Source: Candidatus Kuenenia stuttgartensis | GTDB lineage: Bacteria; Planctomycetota; Phycisphaerae; Phycisphaerales; SM1A02 | Length of the DNA stretch: 64,000 nt | Reading direction: 5' to 3' | NCBI GenBank assembly: GCA_945902075.1 | Contig: CAMDMA010000003.1 | Span: 5,022-69,021 of the forward strand | Part shown: piece by piece, positions 45,094 to 55,384 of the stretch | How the letters are laid out: each line of letters opens with the position of its first letter | Numbering within the stretch: position 1 is the stretch's first letter | Notes under the pieces: model-generated | The model's input: the letters and a program-made list of their open reading frames with translations, nothing else | Told to the model about the DNA's origin: nothing | The model's database searches: none | Program-made: the position numbers and the translations under genes

Positions 45094-46103
45094 AACTTCA
45101 CAACGCCATGTGGCCCGGACTCGTCGGCAAAGAGCCCGGCACCGACCATCCTCCGATTTCGCTCGAACGCATGATCGAACTGACCGCGAAGGCGTCCGTC
45201 GACGGTCAGAAGTTTGATGGCATCGACCTCTTCCTCTTCCATCCGCACACCGACCCTGAGGCAAGCGAGTCGGACATCCGCAAGATGGCCGACAAGATCG
45301 CCGCGAAGAATCTCGCGGTCGGCTCGCTCGTCGCGCCTGTGTGGCCGGGCACCGTCGGTGATAGCGCGATGGGGTCAATCGAGCAGCGAGCCAAGTTCGT
45401 CGACGCCGTCCGCAAAGCCTGCCGCATCGCGCGTATTTTGAACGATCACGGCGTGCGCAAGTACGGCGTGATTCGCATCGATAGCGCGACTAGTACGAAG
45501 GCGGCCGCGAAGAACTCGAAGCAGGCGATCAAACGGATTGCTTCGACGTTCCGTGAGGCAGGTATGGTCGCTGCAGGTCATGGCGAACGCCTTGCCGCCG
45601 AAGGCGAAGTGTGTTGGGCTGGACTCCATTCGTGGAAGTCGGCGCTGGCGCTACTCGAAGCAGTCGACCTGCCAGGAACTGTTGGTTTCCAAGCCGATCT
45701 CGCGCATACCTATCTTTATCTCCTCGGCGTAAATGCGCCGAAGGACGCACTACTCGCGAAGAAGCACACGGCGAAAGAGTTCGACCGTGCCTACGACAAA
45801 CTCGTCTCGGCGTTGCGCCCGTGGACAATTGATTTTCACGTTGCACAGAATGACGGAACGGTGCACGGAACCGGCTCACACGACAAGACGGGGCGTCACT
45901 GCCGTGCCGACGACCCGAAGGGCAAGCTCGACATTGCTGCGTGCTCAAAGGTGTGGCTCACGGGCGCGGAGTCGCGCGGTATTCGTCATATCTGTTGGGA
46001 CGGGTGCATGTTCCCGAACGACGTGCTTGAAAAGCAGGAGACCTGGAACACGGTCCTGCGCACGATGATCGCAGTCCGTTCCGCACACATCGCGCAGGCT
46101 TGA
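45090..46103 (+). CDS. Sugar phosphate isomerase/epimerase (xylose-isomerase-like TIM barrel)
   Basis: 337 aa starting [14 protein letters not shown]. The start overlaps the upstream stop (ATGA). Confidence 0.7.
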   Translation: MKLHNAMWPGLVGKEPGTDHPPISLERMIELTAKASVDGQKFDGIDLFLFHPHTDPEASESDIRKMADKIAAKNLAVGSLVAPVWPGTVGDSAMGSIEQRAKFVDAVRKACRIARILNDHGVRKYGVIRIDSATSTKAAAKNSKQAIKRIASTFREAGMVAAGHGERLAAEGEVCWAGLHSWKSALALLEAVDLPGTVGFQADLAHTYLYLLGVNAPKDALLAKKHTAKEFDRAYDKLVSALRPWTIDFHVAQNDGTVHGTGSHDKTGRHCRADDPKGKLDIAACSKVWLTGAESRGIRHICWDGCMFPNDVLEKQETWNTVLRTMIAVRSAHIAQA

Positions 46104-46117
46104 AAAGGAGAATCACG

Positions 46118-47359
46118 ATGGCAAAGTCGAAGAGTGTGAAGACTCCAACAGTCAAAGCAGCGACCGCAACGAATTCTGCTGCAACGATTTCCACCACCGC
46201 GCCAACCGCGTCCACGCGCGAACTTCGTATTGGTCTTGTTGGCTACGGCTTCATGGGCCGTGCGCATGCGAACGCGATTCGCCAGGTTCCACATTTCTTC
46301 AAAACCGGGCGAAAGCCGGTGCTACAAGCTGTTTGCGGGCGAGATGAGCCGAAGGTGCGCGAGTTTGCGGCGAGGTGGGATGCGCGCTCGATCGAGACCG
46401 ATTGGCGGAAACTCGTCGCGCGCGAAGATATCGACGCCGTCGACATCTGCACGCCAAACGACTCGCACATGGAAATCGCGCTCGCGTGCATCAAGCACGG
46501 CAAGATGATCCTCTGCGAGAAGCCGCTCGCGCTCAACGGGAAGCAAGGAGAGGCGATGGTGAAGGCGGTCGAAAAAGCGAAGTTGCCGAATCTCGTTTGG
46601 TACAACTATCGCTTTCTTCCTGCGGTTTCGCTCGCGAAGAACATCGCTGACTCTGGCGAACTCGGCAAAATCTTCCATTACCGAGCCAACTTCTTGCAAG
46701 ATTGGACGATCTCGACGGATCTGCCGCAGGGCGGAACGGGGCTTTGGCGACTCGATGCAAAGGTTGCGGGTTCGGGTGTGACCGGCGACCTCCTCGCCCA
46801 TTGCATCGACACCGCGCGTTGGATCAATGGCGACATTGTCGCGGTCAGTGCGATGACTGAAACTTTCATCAAGGAGCGAGTTCACACGGCGACCGGCAAG
46901 AAGCAGCCTGTCAAGATCGATGATGCGTGCGCTTTTCTCGCGCGTTTTGCGAACGGTTCGCTCGCGGTCTTCGAGTCAACCCGTTACGCGCGCGGACACA
47001 AGGCGCTCTACACCTTTGAAATCAACGGTGAGCACAAGTCGCTCGCGTGGGATCTTCATGACCTGAATCGCTTGTCGTACTTCGACCATGGCGTTCCGAG
47101 TGACCGACGCGGATGGTCGAGCATCCACTGCACCGACGGCGACCATCCGTACGCGGGCAACTGGTGGGTCCCTGGACTCGGCCTTGGATACGAGCATTCT
47201 TTCGTGCACGGGCTTGCGGAGTTTCTCGGCGCGCTCGACGACCCGAAGGCACCGCGGCGATTTCCCGACTTCCGACACGCGCTCGGCACGCAGTACGTTT
47301 GCGACGCCGTATTGGAAGCGGCGCGTACGCAGAAGTGGGTAAAGGTTCGCACAGCGTGA
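46118..47359 (+). CDS. Gfo/Idh/MocA-family oxidoreductase
   Basis: [18 protein letters not shown] (Rossmann) and EKPLAL. ATG 46118 has AAGGAG 7 nt upstream. Confidence 0.8.
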   Translation: MAKSKSVKTPTVKAATATNSAATISTTAPTASTRELRIGLVGYGFMGRAHANAIRQVPHFFKTGRKPVLQAVCGRDEPKVREFAARWDARSIETDWRKLVAREDIDAVDICTPNDSHMEIALACIKHGKMILCEKPLALNGKQGEAMVKAVEKAKLPNLVWYNYRFLPAVSLAKNIADSGELGKIFHYRANFLQDWTISTDLPQGGTGLWRLDAKVAGSGVTGDLLAHCIDTARWINGDIVAVSAMTETFIKERVHTATGKKQPVKIDDACAFLARFANGSLAVFESTRYARGHKALYTFEINGEHKSLAWDLHDLNRLSYFDHGVPSDRRGWSSIHCTDGDHPYAGNWWVPGLGLGYEHSFVHGLAEFLGALDDPKAPRRFPDFRHALGTQYVCDAVLEAARTQKWVKVRTA

Positions 47360-47435
47360 GCAGCGGGAGCCGAGTATCTTTCGACAGTCTCAACCGGCAT
47401 CGGTCGGTCGCAAACCCCAGCAGGATCACCCCACT

Positions 47436-48011
47436 ATGAAGTCCTACCAGCACATCGTTTCCAGCCTCCTCGCAACTACCTTCGTGGCCTCGACGCTCAC
47501 AATCGCAGCATGCAGCACCACTCCGCAATCTGCAGCCGATCGCAGCGCTTTGACTGCAGAAACCTCTGGTTTCGTCTCGGGTGCGAAGGCGACCGATCCC
47601 ACGCTGACAAAGTTTTTCGAGAACAGCGTTGGTTACGCGGCGATCCCTTCGATCGCGAAGGGCGGCTTCATTGTCGGTGGCGCTTACGGTAAGGGTCAGG
47701 TCTTCAACAAGGACGGAACGCTTGCTGGCTACTGTGATGTCAGCCAGGGTTCGATCGGCGCGCAGATCGGTGGCCAAAGCTTTGGTGAGCTCGTCTTCTT
47801 TGAAACGAAGGAGTCGTTCTCCCAATTCAAGGGCGGAAAGTTTGCGCTCGCTGCGCAGGCTTCGGCCGTCGCGCTCAAGGCCGGTGCTGGCGCGGCTGCC
47901 AAGTATCAGAACGGGGTCGCGATCTTCATTCTGAATCCTGAGGGCCTGATGCTCGAGGCCTCTGTCGGCGGTCAGCAGTTCAACTATCAATCGCTCGTGG
48001 ATGTCGATTGA
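47436..48011 (+). CDS. SYLF (Ysc84/DUF500-like) lipid-binding domain lipoprotein
   Basis: A signal peptide with lipobox LTIAAC, and GGFIVGGAYGKGQVF..GSIGAQIGGQSFGELVFF. Confidence 0.6.
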   Translation: MKSYQHIVSSLLATTFVASTLTIAACSTTPQSAADRSALTAETSGFVSGAKATDPTLTKFFENSVGYAAIPSIAKGGFIVGGAYGKGQVFNKDGTLAGYCDVSQGSIGAQIGGQSFGELVFFETKESFSQFKGGKFALAAQASAVALKAGAGAAAKYQNGVAIFILNPEGLMLEASVGGQQFNYQSLVDVD

Positions 48012-48080
48012 TGTTTATTGGATTGAGCGCGTCAAACTGATTTGATCGCGCGTGTGCTTCGAGTGCCCCACGAAAAGCGC

Positions 48081-48114
48081 CACAGACCTCGGCATTGCCG
48101 GGGTCTGTGTTTTT
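48081..48114 (+). terminator. Rho-independent terminator (possibly bidirectional)
   Basis: A CACAGACC..GGGTCTGTG stem (48081-48109) followed by TTTTT. It lies between the convergent genes ending at 48011 (+) and 48124 (-). Confidence 0.6.
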
Positions 48115-48123
48115 GCGAGCGGT

Positions 48124-49851
48124 TCACGCGGTCATGCTGATCGCAACTGCCTCGGCGATCTTGATGCCGTCGATTGAGGCAGTGAGGATTCCACCGGCGT
48201 AGCCCGCGCCTTCGCCAGCGGGGTAGAGGCCGCGTGTGCTGAGGCTCTGCCAGTCATCGTCGCTGCGGGTGATGCGAATCGGTGACGACGTCCGCGACTC
48301 CACCGCTGTGAGCACCGCATCCGCCATGTTGAAGCCCTTGATCTCTCGTGCAAATGCCGGAATCGCCTCGCGAATCGCCTCGACCGCGTACTCAGGAAGC
48401 GCGGTGGAGAGATCGGTGAGATGCACGCCAGGCGTGTAGGACGGAAGCACGCTCTTGAACTCAGTCGATGGACGCCCCTTCAGGAAGTCGCCAACGAGTT
48501 GGCCCGGCGCCTGGTATTTGCCGCCGCCGAGTTCATACGCGCGCGACTCCCAGAACCGCTGGAACTCAATGCCCGCGAGTGGCCCACCTGGATAGTCGAC
48601 CTCGGGGGTGATGCCGACCACGATGCCTGCATTCGCATTGCGCTCTTCGCGGGAATACTGGCTCATGCCGTTGGTGACGACGCGCCCCTCCTCGCTCGCT
48701 GCTGCGACCACCGTTCCGCCGGGGCACATGCAAAAGCTGTAGACCGATCGGCCGTTTTTTGCGTGATGCACAAGCTTGTAATCCGCAGCGCCGAGAAGCG
48801 GGCTGTCTGCCTTCTCGCCGTATCGGCACTGATTGATGAGGGACTGCGGATGCTCGATGCGGAAGCCGATCGAGAACGGTTTCGCCTCAATGAACACGCC
48901 GCGCGCGTGGAGCATCGCAAAGGTATCGCGCGCACTATGTCCAACGGCGAGCACCACGTGATCCGCATCGATGCGTTCGCCGTTTGCGAGGATCACGCCG
49001 CGCACGCGACCGGTGCGAACGCCAGTTGGCTCATGCTTGTGCGATTCGGTCGCGTCGGGTTCGATGATGATGTCGTCGACGCGCGTTCCAAAGCGAATTT
49101 CGCCACCGAGCGCGATGATCTTCGCGCGCATCTTCTCGACCATGCTCACGAGTCGAAAGGTGCCGATGTGCGGTTTGTTCACATAGAGAATCTCTTCCGG
49201 TGCGCCGGCCTCCACGAACTCGCGAAGCACCTTGCGACCGTAATGCTTCGGGTCCTTGATCTGGCTATACAACTTGCCATCGGAGAACGTGCCCGCGCCG
49301 CCTTCGCCGAACTGCGTGTTCGATTCCGTGTCGAGAATTCCTTCGCGCCACATGCGAAAAGTATCCTTCGTGCGCTCGCGAACGGCTTTGCCGCGTTCGA
49401 GCACAATCGGCCGGAATCCTGACTGCGCGAGAATCAGTGCGGCGAAGAGCCCCGATGGCCCCATGCCGATGACGAGTGGACGCCGAGCATCGGGCCACGC
49501 ACCGCCGAGGACGCCAGCCTCAGGATTGTTCATGGCATCGCTCGCCGCGTCTTCTGCAGGCTCATGCGCGGCAGCACCAACTTTCGCAACGAACTTGTAG
49601 CGCATGTCCGGTGCGGCAGCGACGTGTGGATCGGTCTTCAACCGATTGAGAATCTTGGCCTGCTCACGAACTTCCGCGTCGATGGTGTAAACAAAGAGAA
49701 TCGACTTGCGCTTCCGTGCATCAACGGCGCGGCGATAGACCCGAAATCTCACCAGGTGTTCGGGTGGGATTCCAAGGCGAGCAACGATGGTTGCTCGCAG
49801 TTCATCTTCGGCGTGTTCGAGAGGGAGACGGAGATCGGTAAGGCGCAGCAT
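48124..49851 (-). CDS. FAD-dependent oxidoreductase (COG2509-like)
   Basis: 575 aa with the dinucleotide motif VIGMGPSGLFAAL and the C-terminal GLYPAGEGAGYAGGI. Confidence 0.75.
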   Translation of the reverse strand: MLRLTDLRLPLEHAEDELRATIVARLGIPPEHLVRFRVYRRAVDARKRKSILFVYTIDAEVREQAKILNRLKTDPHVAAAPDMRYKFVAKVGAAAHEPAEDAASDAMNNPEAGVLGGAWPDARRPLVIGMGPSGLFAALILAQSGFRPIVLERGKAVRERTKDTFRMWREGILDTESNTQFGEGGAGTFSDGKLYSQIKDPKHYGRKVLREFVEAGAPEEILYVNKPHIGTFRLVSMVEKMRAKIIALGGEIRFGTRVDDIIIEPDATESHKHEPTGVRTGRVRGVILANGERIDADHVVLAVGHSARDTFAMLHARGVFIEAKPFSIGFRIEHPQSLINQCRYGEKADSPLLGAADYKLVHHAKNGRSVYSFCMCPGGTVVAAASEEGRVVTNGMSQYSREERNANAGIVVGITPEVDYPGGPLAGIEFQRFWESRAYELGGGKYQAPGQLVGDFLKGRPSTEFKSVLPSYTPGVHLTDLSTALPEYAVEAIREAIPAFAREIKGFNMADAVLTAVESRTSSPIRITRSDDDWQSLSTRGLYPAGEGAGYAGGILTASIDGIKIAEAVAISMTA

Positions 49852-49886
49852 CGAGGAGTGACACTGTATCGGAGCACGAGCCGTCG

Positions 49887-50939
49887 TCAGGCCCGGAACG
49901 ACGCCATGTCGATGACGAAGCGATATTTCACGTCACTTCGAAGCATGCGCTCGTAGGCACTATTGATCTCGTCCATGCGAATCTTCTCAATGTCGCAGGT
50001 GATTCCGTGCGTGCCGCAGAAGTTGAGCATCTCCTGCGTCTCGCCGATGCCACCAATGCATGATCCTGCAAGGTTGCGTCGTGGGAGGATCAGGCTAAAT
50101 GCCGCGATTTTTTGCGGATTTGGCGGTACTCCCACCATGGCAAGGGTCGCGTCGAGCTTGAGCAGCGCCATGTATGCGTCGATGTCATGGTCGGCGGAGA
50201 CGGTGTCCACAATGAGGTCAAAGCTCGAAGCATGTCTCGCCATCTCATCAGCATTGCGCGAGAGCACCACTTCATGAGCGCCGAGCCGCTTGCCATCAGC
50301 GACCTTTCCTTCTGAGGTTGTAAACAACACCGTGTATGCGCCAAACGCGCGCGCAAACTTCACGCCCATGTGTCCGAGGCCACCGAGCCCGATGATTCCA
50401 ACCTTCTTGCCCGGTCCCGCGCCCCAATGGCGCAGCGGCGAGTAGGTGGTGATTCCTGCACAGAGGAGAGGCGCCGCCGACGCAGGGTCAAGGTTCGTTG
50501 GGACAGAGAGCGTGTACGCCTCGTCGGTAACGACTTTCTCTGAGTAGCCTCCGAAGGTCATTCCGCCTGAATGCTTATCTTCGCCGTTGTAGGTGAAGAT
50601 CGGTCCGCCGGTACCAACGCAGTATTGCTCAAGCCCGCCCTTGCAGTGTGCGCAGGTGCGGCACGAGTCAACAAGGCAACCGACGGCGGCAAGATCACCG
50701 ACTTTGAATCGCGAAACCTTCGCGCCGACGCGCGAGACGCGGCCGAGGATTTCGTGGCCAGGTACCACGGGATAGTTCGTGAACCCCCATTCATTCCGCG
50801 CAAAGTGCAGATCGCTGTGGCAGACCCCGCAGTACATGATGTCGATCTCCACATCGGTCGGCGTGGGCTCACGGCGTGTGATCGTTGTTGGTCCAAGTGG
50901 CGAGGAAGACGACTGCGCAGCGTAGGCTTTGGTAGACAT
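49887..50939 (-). CDS. Zn-dependent NAD(P) alcohol dehydrogenase (YahK/cinnamyl-ADH-like)
   Basis: GVCHSDLH, the structural Zn site CRTCAHCKGGLEQYC, and GIIGLGGLGHMG. Confidence 0.85.
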   Translation of the reverse strand: MSTKAYAAQSSSSPLGPTTITRREPTPTDVEIDIMYCGVCHSDLHFARNEWGFTNYPVVPGHEILGRVSRVGAKVSRFKVGDLAAVGCLVDSCRTCAHCKGGLEQYCVGTGGPIFTYNGEDKHSGGMTFGGYSEKVVTDEAYTLSVPTNLDPASAAPLLCAGITTYSPLRHWGAGPGKKVGIIGLGGLGHMGVKFARAFGAYTVLFTTSEGKVADGKRLGAHEVVLSRNADEMARHASSFDLIVDTVSADHDIDAYMALLKLDATLAMVGVPPNPQKIAAFSLILPRRNLAGSCIGGIGETQEMLNFCGTHGITCDIEKIRMDEINSAYERMLRSDVKYRFVIDMASFRA

Positions 50940-51070
50940 CGATCAGCTCCGTTCGGGTGAGTCGCGATGGTTGCGACGGGACGCGGATGGTACTCAGAGT
51001 CGAAACGCGCTCGCAGAAATCAATCGGCCAACAAGAAGCGGGAGCGGACGCTTGTTGCGCACGCTCCCAC

Positions 51071-51125
51071 CATGCCGAGCTTCATGCCGAGGTTCATGCC
51101 GAGCTTCATGCCGAGCTTCATGCGC
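51071..51125. repeat. 12-bp tandem array, about 4.5 units (CATGCCGAGCTT)
   Basis: Read directly. It is intergenic, between the ADH start and the protease stop. Confidence 0.9.
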
Positions 51126-51171
51126 ATCAACCTACGAACTCCTCGGTCCCTCCATCTTTATCCATGCGGAT

Positions 51172-52674
51172 TCACTGTCCGCACGGCCCCCAGCTGCTGA
51201 GGATTTGAGCGAGATCCGGGCCACCAACCATTCCGTCGCGGTCGAAGTCCGCCGGGCACTGTTGCATGCACGCACCCCACGCACCAAGCACCATCGCGAG
51301 GTCCGACGCTGCGACCATTCCGTCGCCGTCGAGATCCGAGGCACAAGGAAGCGGCGCAGGCGCTTCTCCGTCTTCGGTCTGATCGGGTGCGTCGACACCA
51401 ATGACCGCTGGTTCCTGCACGAGGTTCAACTCGCCTGCCACCACCGACATTCCAAACGCGCCGGTGACTGCAGGTCCGGCACGCCCCGCGGAGCCTGAGA
51501 GAAGCGCATTGGCCTTCGCTACGCTGAGCCATCCCTGAGTCGCACTGTTCGGGCTGAAGTTCATACCCGGCTGCCAGATGACCCCTGCGAGTTGCTGGCC
51601 AGGCGCAACGAGGAGTTGCACGAGTTTCATCGAAGAGGGATTTCCTGGCTGCAGATCAAACTCTGCCCACTCATAAAAACCACGCTCGATGTACTGCATC
51701 TTTCGCCGCGACGGGCCGGTTGGCGGCGGCACGATGGGATTCGCAACACCAGCATTGGCGGCAGAGAGGCGCTTCTTCGGGTTCGCCGTGAAGAACCCAA
51801 CCAGTTGCTCAAAGTTGAGCATTCCAAACTGCACACATCCCGCAGCCATTCGCTCGCCGATCGTCGGCTCCCAGCGCATCCAATTGCGGATCAAATCCTC
51901 GTTCTGCCACATGAGACGCGGCCCACCACCATCACACTCGTTGGTGTGCGTCGAATTGATCGCGAATACCTCGACCAGCGCCTCTCCGGCGCGCCAGTTC
52001 CAGACGGGGCTTCCAGAAGCGCCGCCCGTCGAGCGCGCGTCGTAGAAGACCGTGCGCGAGTTGACATCGTTCACATCGCCGTACGCAATCCACTGGTTGC
52101 GGTTGAGTGCCGAATCGGGCGTCTCCTCCGTCGGATACCCGGCCATATGCGCCCAGGTCGACACATAGTCAAAGCAAAGCGGCATGAACGTCGTGATCTC
52201 TTCGAACGGACACACAAATTGCAGCGCGCCATAGTCGACACCGGTCGTCGACTCATACGAAGGATCGGCGTACTTGTTGTTGGTGCGCTTGTACTTCGCC
52301 TCACGCTCGCCAAAGGGATTGTCGTAGCCAGATCCCGAGCGGCACGCGCCGGGCATCAGGTGAATGTCCTTGATGAAGTAGCGTTCTTCACTGCGCTTGT
52401 AGAGGCAGTGACCGTTCGTGAGCGCGCAGTGCGGGCTTACGAGAAAGCCGGTGCCGTACCCGGAGAGTGAGCCGTCGGTTTCCTCGACGAGGAGTCGGGT
52501 GATCGTGTTGAACGGGTAGATCGATGCGTAGTAGCAGTCGCTCGCGACGCGCTCCTCGCACGGGGTATCGGTGGCAAGAGCACCGGCAGCGATAAAGGCA
52601 GCAGCTGCGTATGCGACGGCGCCAAGGCGTGTGTGAGCGGTGGACAGGCTTCGGATGACGTTGTGCTGAGACAT
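51172..52674 (-). CDS. Secreted trypsin-fold (Glu-specific/V8-like S1) serine protease with a C-terminal dockerin-like module
   Basis: ATG 52674 (MSQHNVIRSL.. signal). GTGFLVSPHCALTNGHC and GGASGSPVW are present. The C-terminus is DLDGDGMVAASDLAMVLGAWG..DFDRDGMVGGPDLAQILSSWG. Confidence 0.65.
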   Translation of the reverse strand: MSQHNVIRSLSTAHTRLGAVAYAAAAFIAAGALATDTPCEERVASDCYYASIYPFNTITRLLVEETDGSLSGYGTGFLVSPHCALTNGHCLYKRSEERYFIKDIHLMPGACRSGSGYDNPFGEREAKYKRTNNKYADPSYESTTGVDYGALQFVCPFEEITTFMPLCFDYVSTWAHMAGYPTEETPDSALNRNQWIAYGDVNDVNSRTVFYDARSTGGASGSPVWNWRAGEALVEVFAINSTHTNECDGGGPRLMWQNEDLIRNWMRWEPTIGERMAAGCVQFGMLNFEQLVGFFTANPKKRLSAANAGVANPIVPPPTGPSRRKMQYIERGFYEWAEFDLQPGNPSSMKLVQLLVAPGQQLAGVIWQPGMNFSPNSATQGWLSVAKANALLSGSAGRAGPAVTGAFGMSVVAGELNLVQEPAVIGVDAPDQTEDGEAPAPLPCASDLDGDGMVAASDLAMVLGAWGACMQQCPADFDRDGMVGGPDLAQILSSWGPCGQ

Positions 52675-52832
52675 GTCTGACTCCTCATTTCTTGCGCCGC
52701 GGCGCGGCAGGCCCGGTCGGGCGGTGTGCTGGTTGAGGACGGGGACGACCGCCTCGACCGCCTTCCGCAGGTCAAACCGCGATCTCTCAGGAAAAGTCAA
52801 AAGTGCAGCGTGGGTCCATGCGTCAAAAGAGT

Positions 52833-52869
52833 GCAAAAAACAACGCGAGGCCATTGCTGACCTCGCGTT
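52833..52869 (-). terminator. Rho-independent terminator after tRNA-Pro
   Basis: A 9-bp stem, AACGCGAGG (52842-52850) with CCTCGCGTT (52861-52869). The minus strand continues GTTTTTTGCAC. Confidence 0.7.
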
Positions 52870-52876
52870 CCTTGAG

Positions 52877-52950
52877 TCGGGCTGGCGGGATTTGAACCCA
52901 CGACCTTTTGACCCCCAGTCAAACGCGCTACCAAGCTGCGCTACAACCCG
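52877..52950 (-). tRNA. tRNA-Pro (anticodon GGG)
   Basis: Hand-folded 74-nt cloverleaf. The acceptor is CGGGTTG/CAGCCCG, the anticodon stem is TTTGA/TCAAA with loop CTGGGGG, and the T-loop is TTCAAAT. Confidence 0.9.
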
Positions 52951-53058
52951 TTGGGCCGCGGAGTATACCGCTTCCGCCGAAGATCCGAAACTCTGCGAAT
53001 CGGAGGCTATCGGTCGAGTTGAAGCCGCGCATCGCAGCGCATCCGTTCTAATCCGCGC

Positions 53059-54549
53059 ATGCTCTCTGTGCTCTGCTCCCTCGGATGTCTCATCGCGATG
53101 TCAAGCGTCACCACCGCCGTTCCACCGCCAGCACCAATTGCCCCGCTTCCCGCACCGCGACAACTCGCGTGGCAGGCGATGGAGTTCACGGGCTTCATCC
53201 ACTTCGGCCCGAACACATTCACCGACATGGAGTGGGGTCATGGCGACGAGCCGGCAGACGTCTTCAATCCCACCGCGCTCGACTGTCGACAGTGGGTGAA
53301 GGTGATGAAGGACGCGGGAATGAAGGGCGTCGTGATCACGGCAAAGCACCACGACGGATTCTGCAATTGGCCGACGAAACTCTCGACGCATTCGGTGGCA
53401 TCGAGCCCGTGGAAGAGCGGTCAAGGCGATGTGCTGCGCGAACTTTCCGACGCGTGTCGTGAAGGTGGGCTCAAGTTTGGTGTCTACCTCTCGCCGTGGG
53501 ATCGCAACAATCCGAAGTATGGCACGGGCGAGGAGTACAACGAATATTTCCGGCAGCAACTCCGTGAGGTGCTCACGCAATACGGACCGATCTTCGAAGT
53601 CTGGTTCGATGGCGCGTGTGGTGAAGGCCCGAATGGCAAGCGGCAGGTCTACGACTTTCCGAGCTTTCGCGCGGTCGTCCGCGAGTTGCAGCCCGATGCT
53701 GTGATGTTTAGCGATGTTGGTCCTGACATCCGCTGGGTCGGCAACGAGCAGGGCTGGGCCGGAGACACCTGTTGGGCCATGCTGAAGGCGGCGGGTCACG
53801 GCATCGGCAACGACAATCCGCCGAGCACGAAGTCGCTGAATGAGGGCGATCTCGACGGCGAGTCGTGGATTCCCGCCGAGTGCGATGTTTCTATTCGACC
53901 CGGTTGGTTCTATCACGCGCACGAAGACGACAAGGTCAAGTCTCCCGCGCAACTCCTCGATCTGTGGGAGCGCAGCGTTGGGCACAACGCCAATTTTCAC
54001 CTGAATTTCCCAGTCGATCGCCGCGGCCTTATCCATGAAAATGATGCAACCGCGGTGCTCGGACTGCGGGCGCTTGTCGATGCGAACTATGGCGAAGGCA
54101 CCGACCTCGCGCGCGGACAAACGACGGGCGTGACGAATATTCGCGGTGAAACGGCGCGTGCAGCGAGCGAGCCGCTCATCGAGTCTGCCTTCTCAGGCGC
54201 GAAGGCGGTCGATGGAGATCCCGCGACCTATTGGGCAACCGACGACGGTGTACTCGCAGCATCGATTGAGGTCGCGCTCGATCCGACGAAGCCATTCGAT
54301 CGCATCATGCTCGCAGAGCCCATCGCACTCGGCCAGCGCGTGAAGTCGTTTCGGGTCAGTGTTCCCGCGAAAAAAAGCAACAATCACCGCGACTGGGTGA
54401 CGCTCGCCGAAGGTACGACCATCGGTCATAAGCGCATCGTGCGTGTGCCAGTAACCATGGCGACGCATGTGCGCGTTGAGATTCTGGACAGCCGCGCATG
54501 CCCGGCAATCTCGCAGTTTGGTGTGCACAAGACGACGACAGCGGAGTGA
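53059..54549 (+). CDS. GH29 alpha-L-fucosidase with a C-terminal F5/8 type C (discoidin)-like domain
   Basis: A signal peptide, FIHFGPNTFTD.EWG, ITAKHHDGFCNWPT, and the C-terminal AVDGDPATYWATDD. Confidence 0.8.
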   Translation: MLSVLCSLGCLIAMSSVTTAVPPPAPIAPLPAPRQLAWQAMEFTGFIHFGPNTFTDMEWGHGDEPADVFNPTALDCRQWVKVMKDAGMKGVVITAKHHDGFCNWPTKLSTHSVASSPWKSGQGDVLRELSDACREGGLKFGVYLSPWDRNNPKYGTGEEYNEYFRQQLREVLTQYGPIFEVWFDGACGEGPNGKRQVYDFPSFRAVVRELQPDAVMFSDVGPDIRWVGNEQGWAGDTCWAMLKAAGHGIGNDNPPSTKSLNEGDLDGESWIPAECDVSIRPGWFYHAHEDDKVKSPAQLLDLWERSVGHNANFHLNFPVDRRGLIHENDATAVLGLRALVDANYGEGTDLARGQTTGVTNIRGETARAASEPLIESAFSGAKAVDGDPATYWATDDGVLAASIEVALDPTKPFDRIMLAEPIALGQRVKSFRVSVPAKKSNNHRDWVTLAEGTTIGHKRIVRVPVTMATHVRVEILDSRACPAISQFGVHKTTTAE

Positions 54550-54587
54550 AGCCACCCCGCAGAGTCACCCTCTCTTCAGAGCCACCC

Positions 54588-55349
54588 ATGTTGGACCGCG
54601 ATGCAACGATCAAGGCCCTCACACGCACTTCGCGGCGGCTTTCCCGCGCAGTGGACGCAATGGGATTTTCGCCACCGGTCGCGTACACCTACAACCCGCT
54701 CGCCTACGCACGCGCGCCGCACGAGGCATATCTCGCGTATGCAAACTGTGGTGTCGACGCGCTCTTCTTAGGGATGAACCCTGGGCCATTCGGAATGGCG
54801 CAGACCGGTGTGCCGTTTGGCGAGGTGGCGGCGGTGCGCAGATTTCTCTCGATCGACGCAAAGGTCGGGCGGCCGAGCGCAATGCACCCGAAGCGGCCAA
54901 TCGAGGGCTTCGCTTGCACGCGAAGCGAGGTCAGTGGGCGACGCTTCTGGGGCTTGATAGAGGAGGAGTTCGTGACGCCGACGGCGTTCTTTGAGCGCGC
55001 GTTTGTTTGGAACTGGTGTCCGCTCGCATTTATGTCGGAGAGTGGCGCCAACATCACTCCCGAGAAACTTGCGCGCGAGGATCGAGCTCCGCTTGTCGCT
55101 GCGTGCGATGAAGCACTCGCGTGCGTCGTCACTGCGCTCAAGCCGCGGATCGTGATCGGTGTCGGGGCTTTTGCGTCCGCGTCGGCGACGCGCGCACTCG
55201 GATCGACCGCGCCGCTCATCACGACAATTTTGCATCCGTCGCCCGCGAGCCCGGCCGCGAACCGCGGGTGGACTCTGGCGGCTCGGCGCATGCTTGTGGA
55301 CTGCGGGTTTTTTCCCGCAGGCTCCGCTGTTTCCCACGGCCGAAAGTGA
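54588..55349 (+). CDS. Family 3 (SMUG1-type) uracil-DNA glycosylase
   Basis: GMNPGPFGMAQTGVPFG and a C-terminal HPSPASPAAN. ATG 54588 was chosen because the 5' part of the ORF from 54498 overlaps the fucosidase gene. Confidence 0.75.
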   Translation: MLDRDATIKALTRTSRRLSRAVDAMGFSPPVAYTYNPLAYARAPHEAYLAYANCGVDALFLGMNPGPFGMAQTGVPFGEVAAVRRFLSIDAKVGRPSAMHPKRPIEGFACTRSEVSGRRFWGLIEEEFVTPTAFFERAFVWNWCPLAFMSESGANITPEKLAREDRAPLVAACDEALACVVTALKPRIVIGVGAFASASATRALGSTAPLITTILHPSPASPAANRGWTLAARRMLVDCGFFPAGSAVSHGRK

Positions 55350-55379
55350 CAAGACCCGCGCAATCGCGCGGGTCTTGTC
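55348..55379. terminator. Perfect 14-bp-stem hairpin between a convergent CDS and tRNA-Ser
   Basis: GACAAGACCCGCGC aatc GCGCGGGTCTTGTC. It begins inside the SMUG1 stop codon and ends 6 nt from the tRNA-Ser 3' end. There is no clear T-tract on either strand. Confidence 0.5.
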
Positions 55380-55384
55380 GGGGA

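Noticed and set aside
47022-47990. 322-aa minus-strand ORF
   Set aside because: It is antisense to the Gfo/Idh/MocA and SYLF lipoprotein genes and crosses their intergenic spacer. Its composition is Arg-rich.
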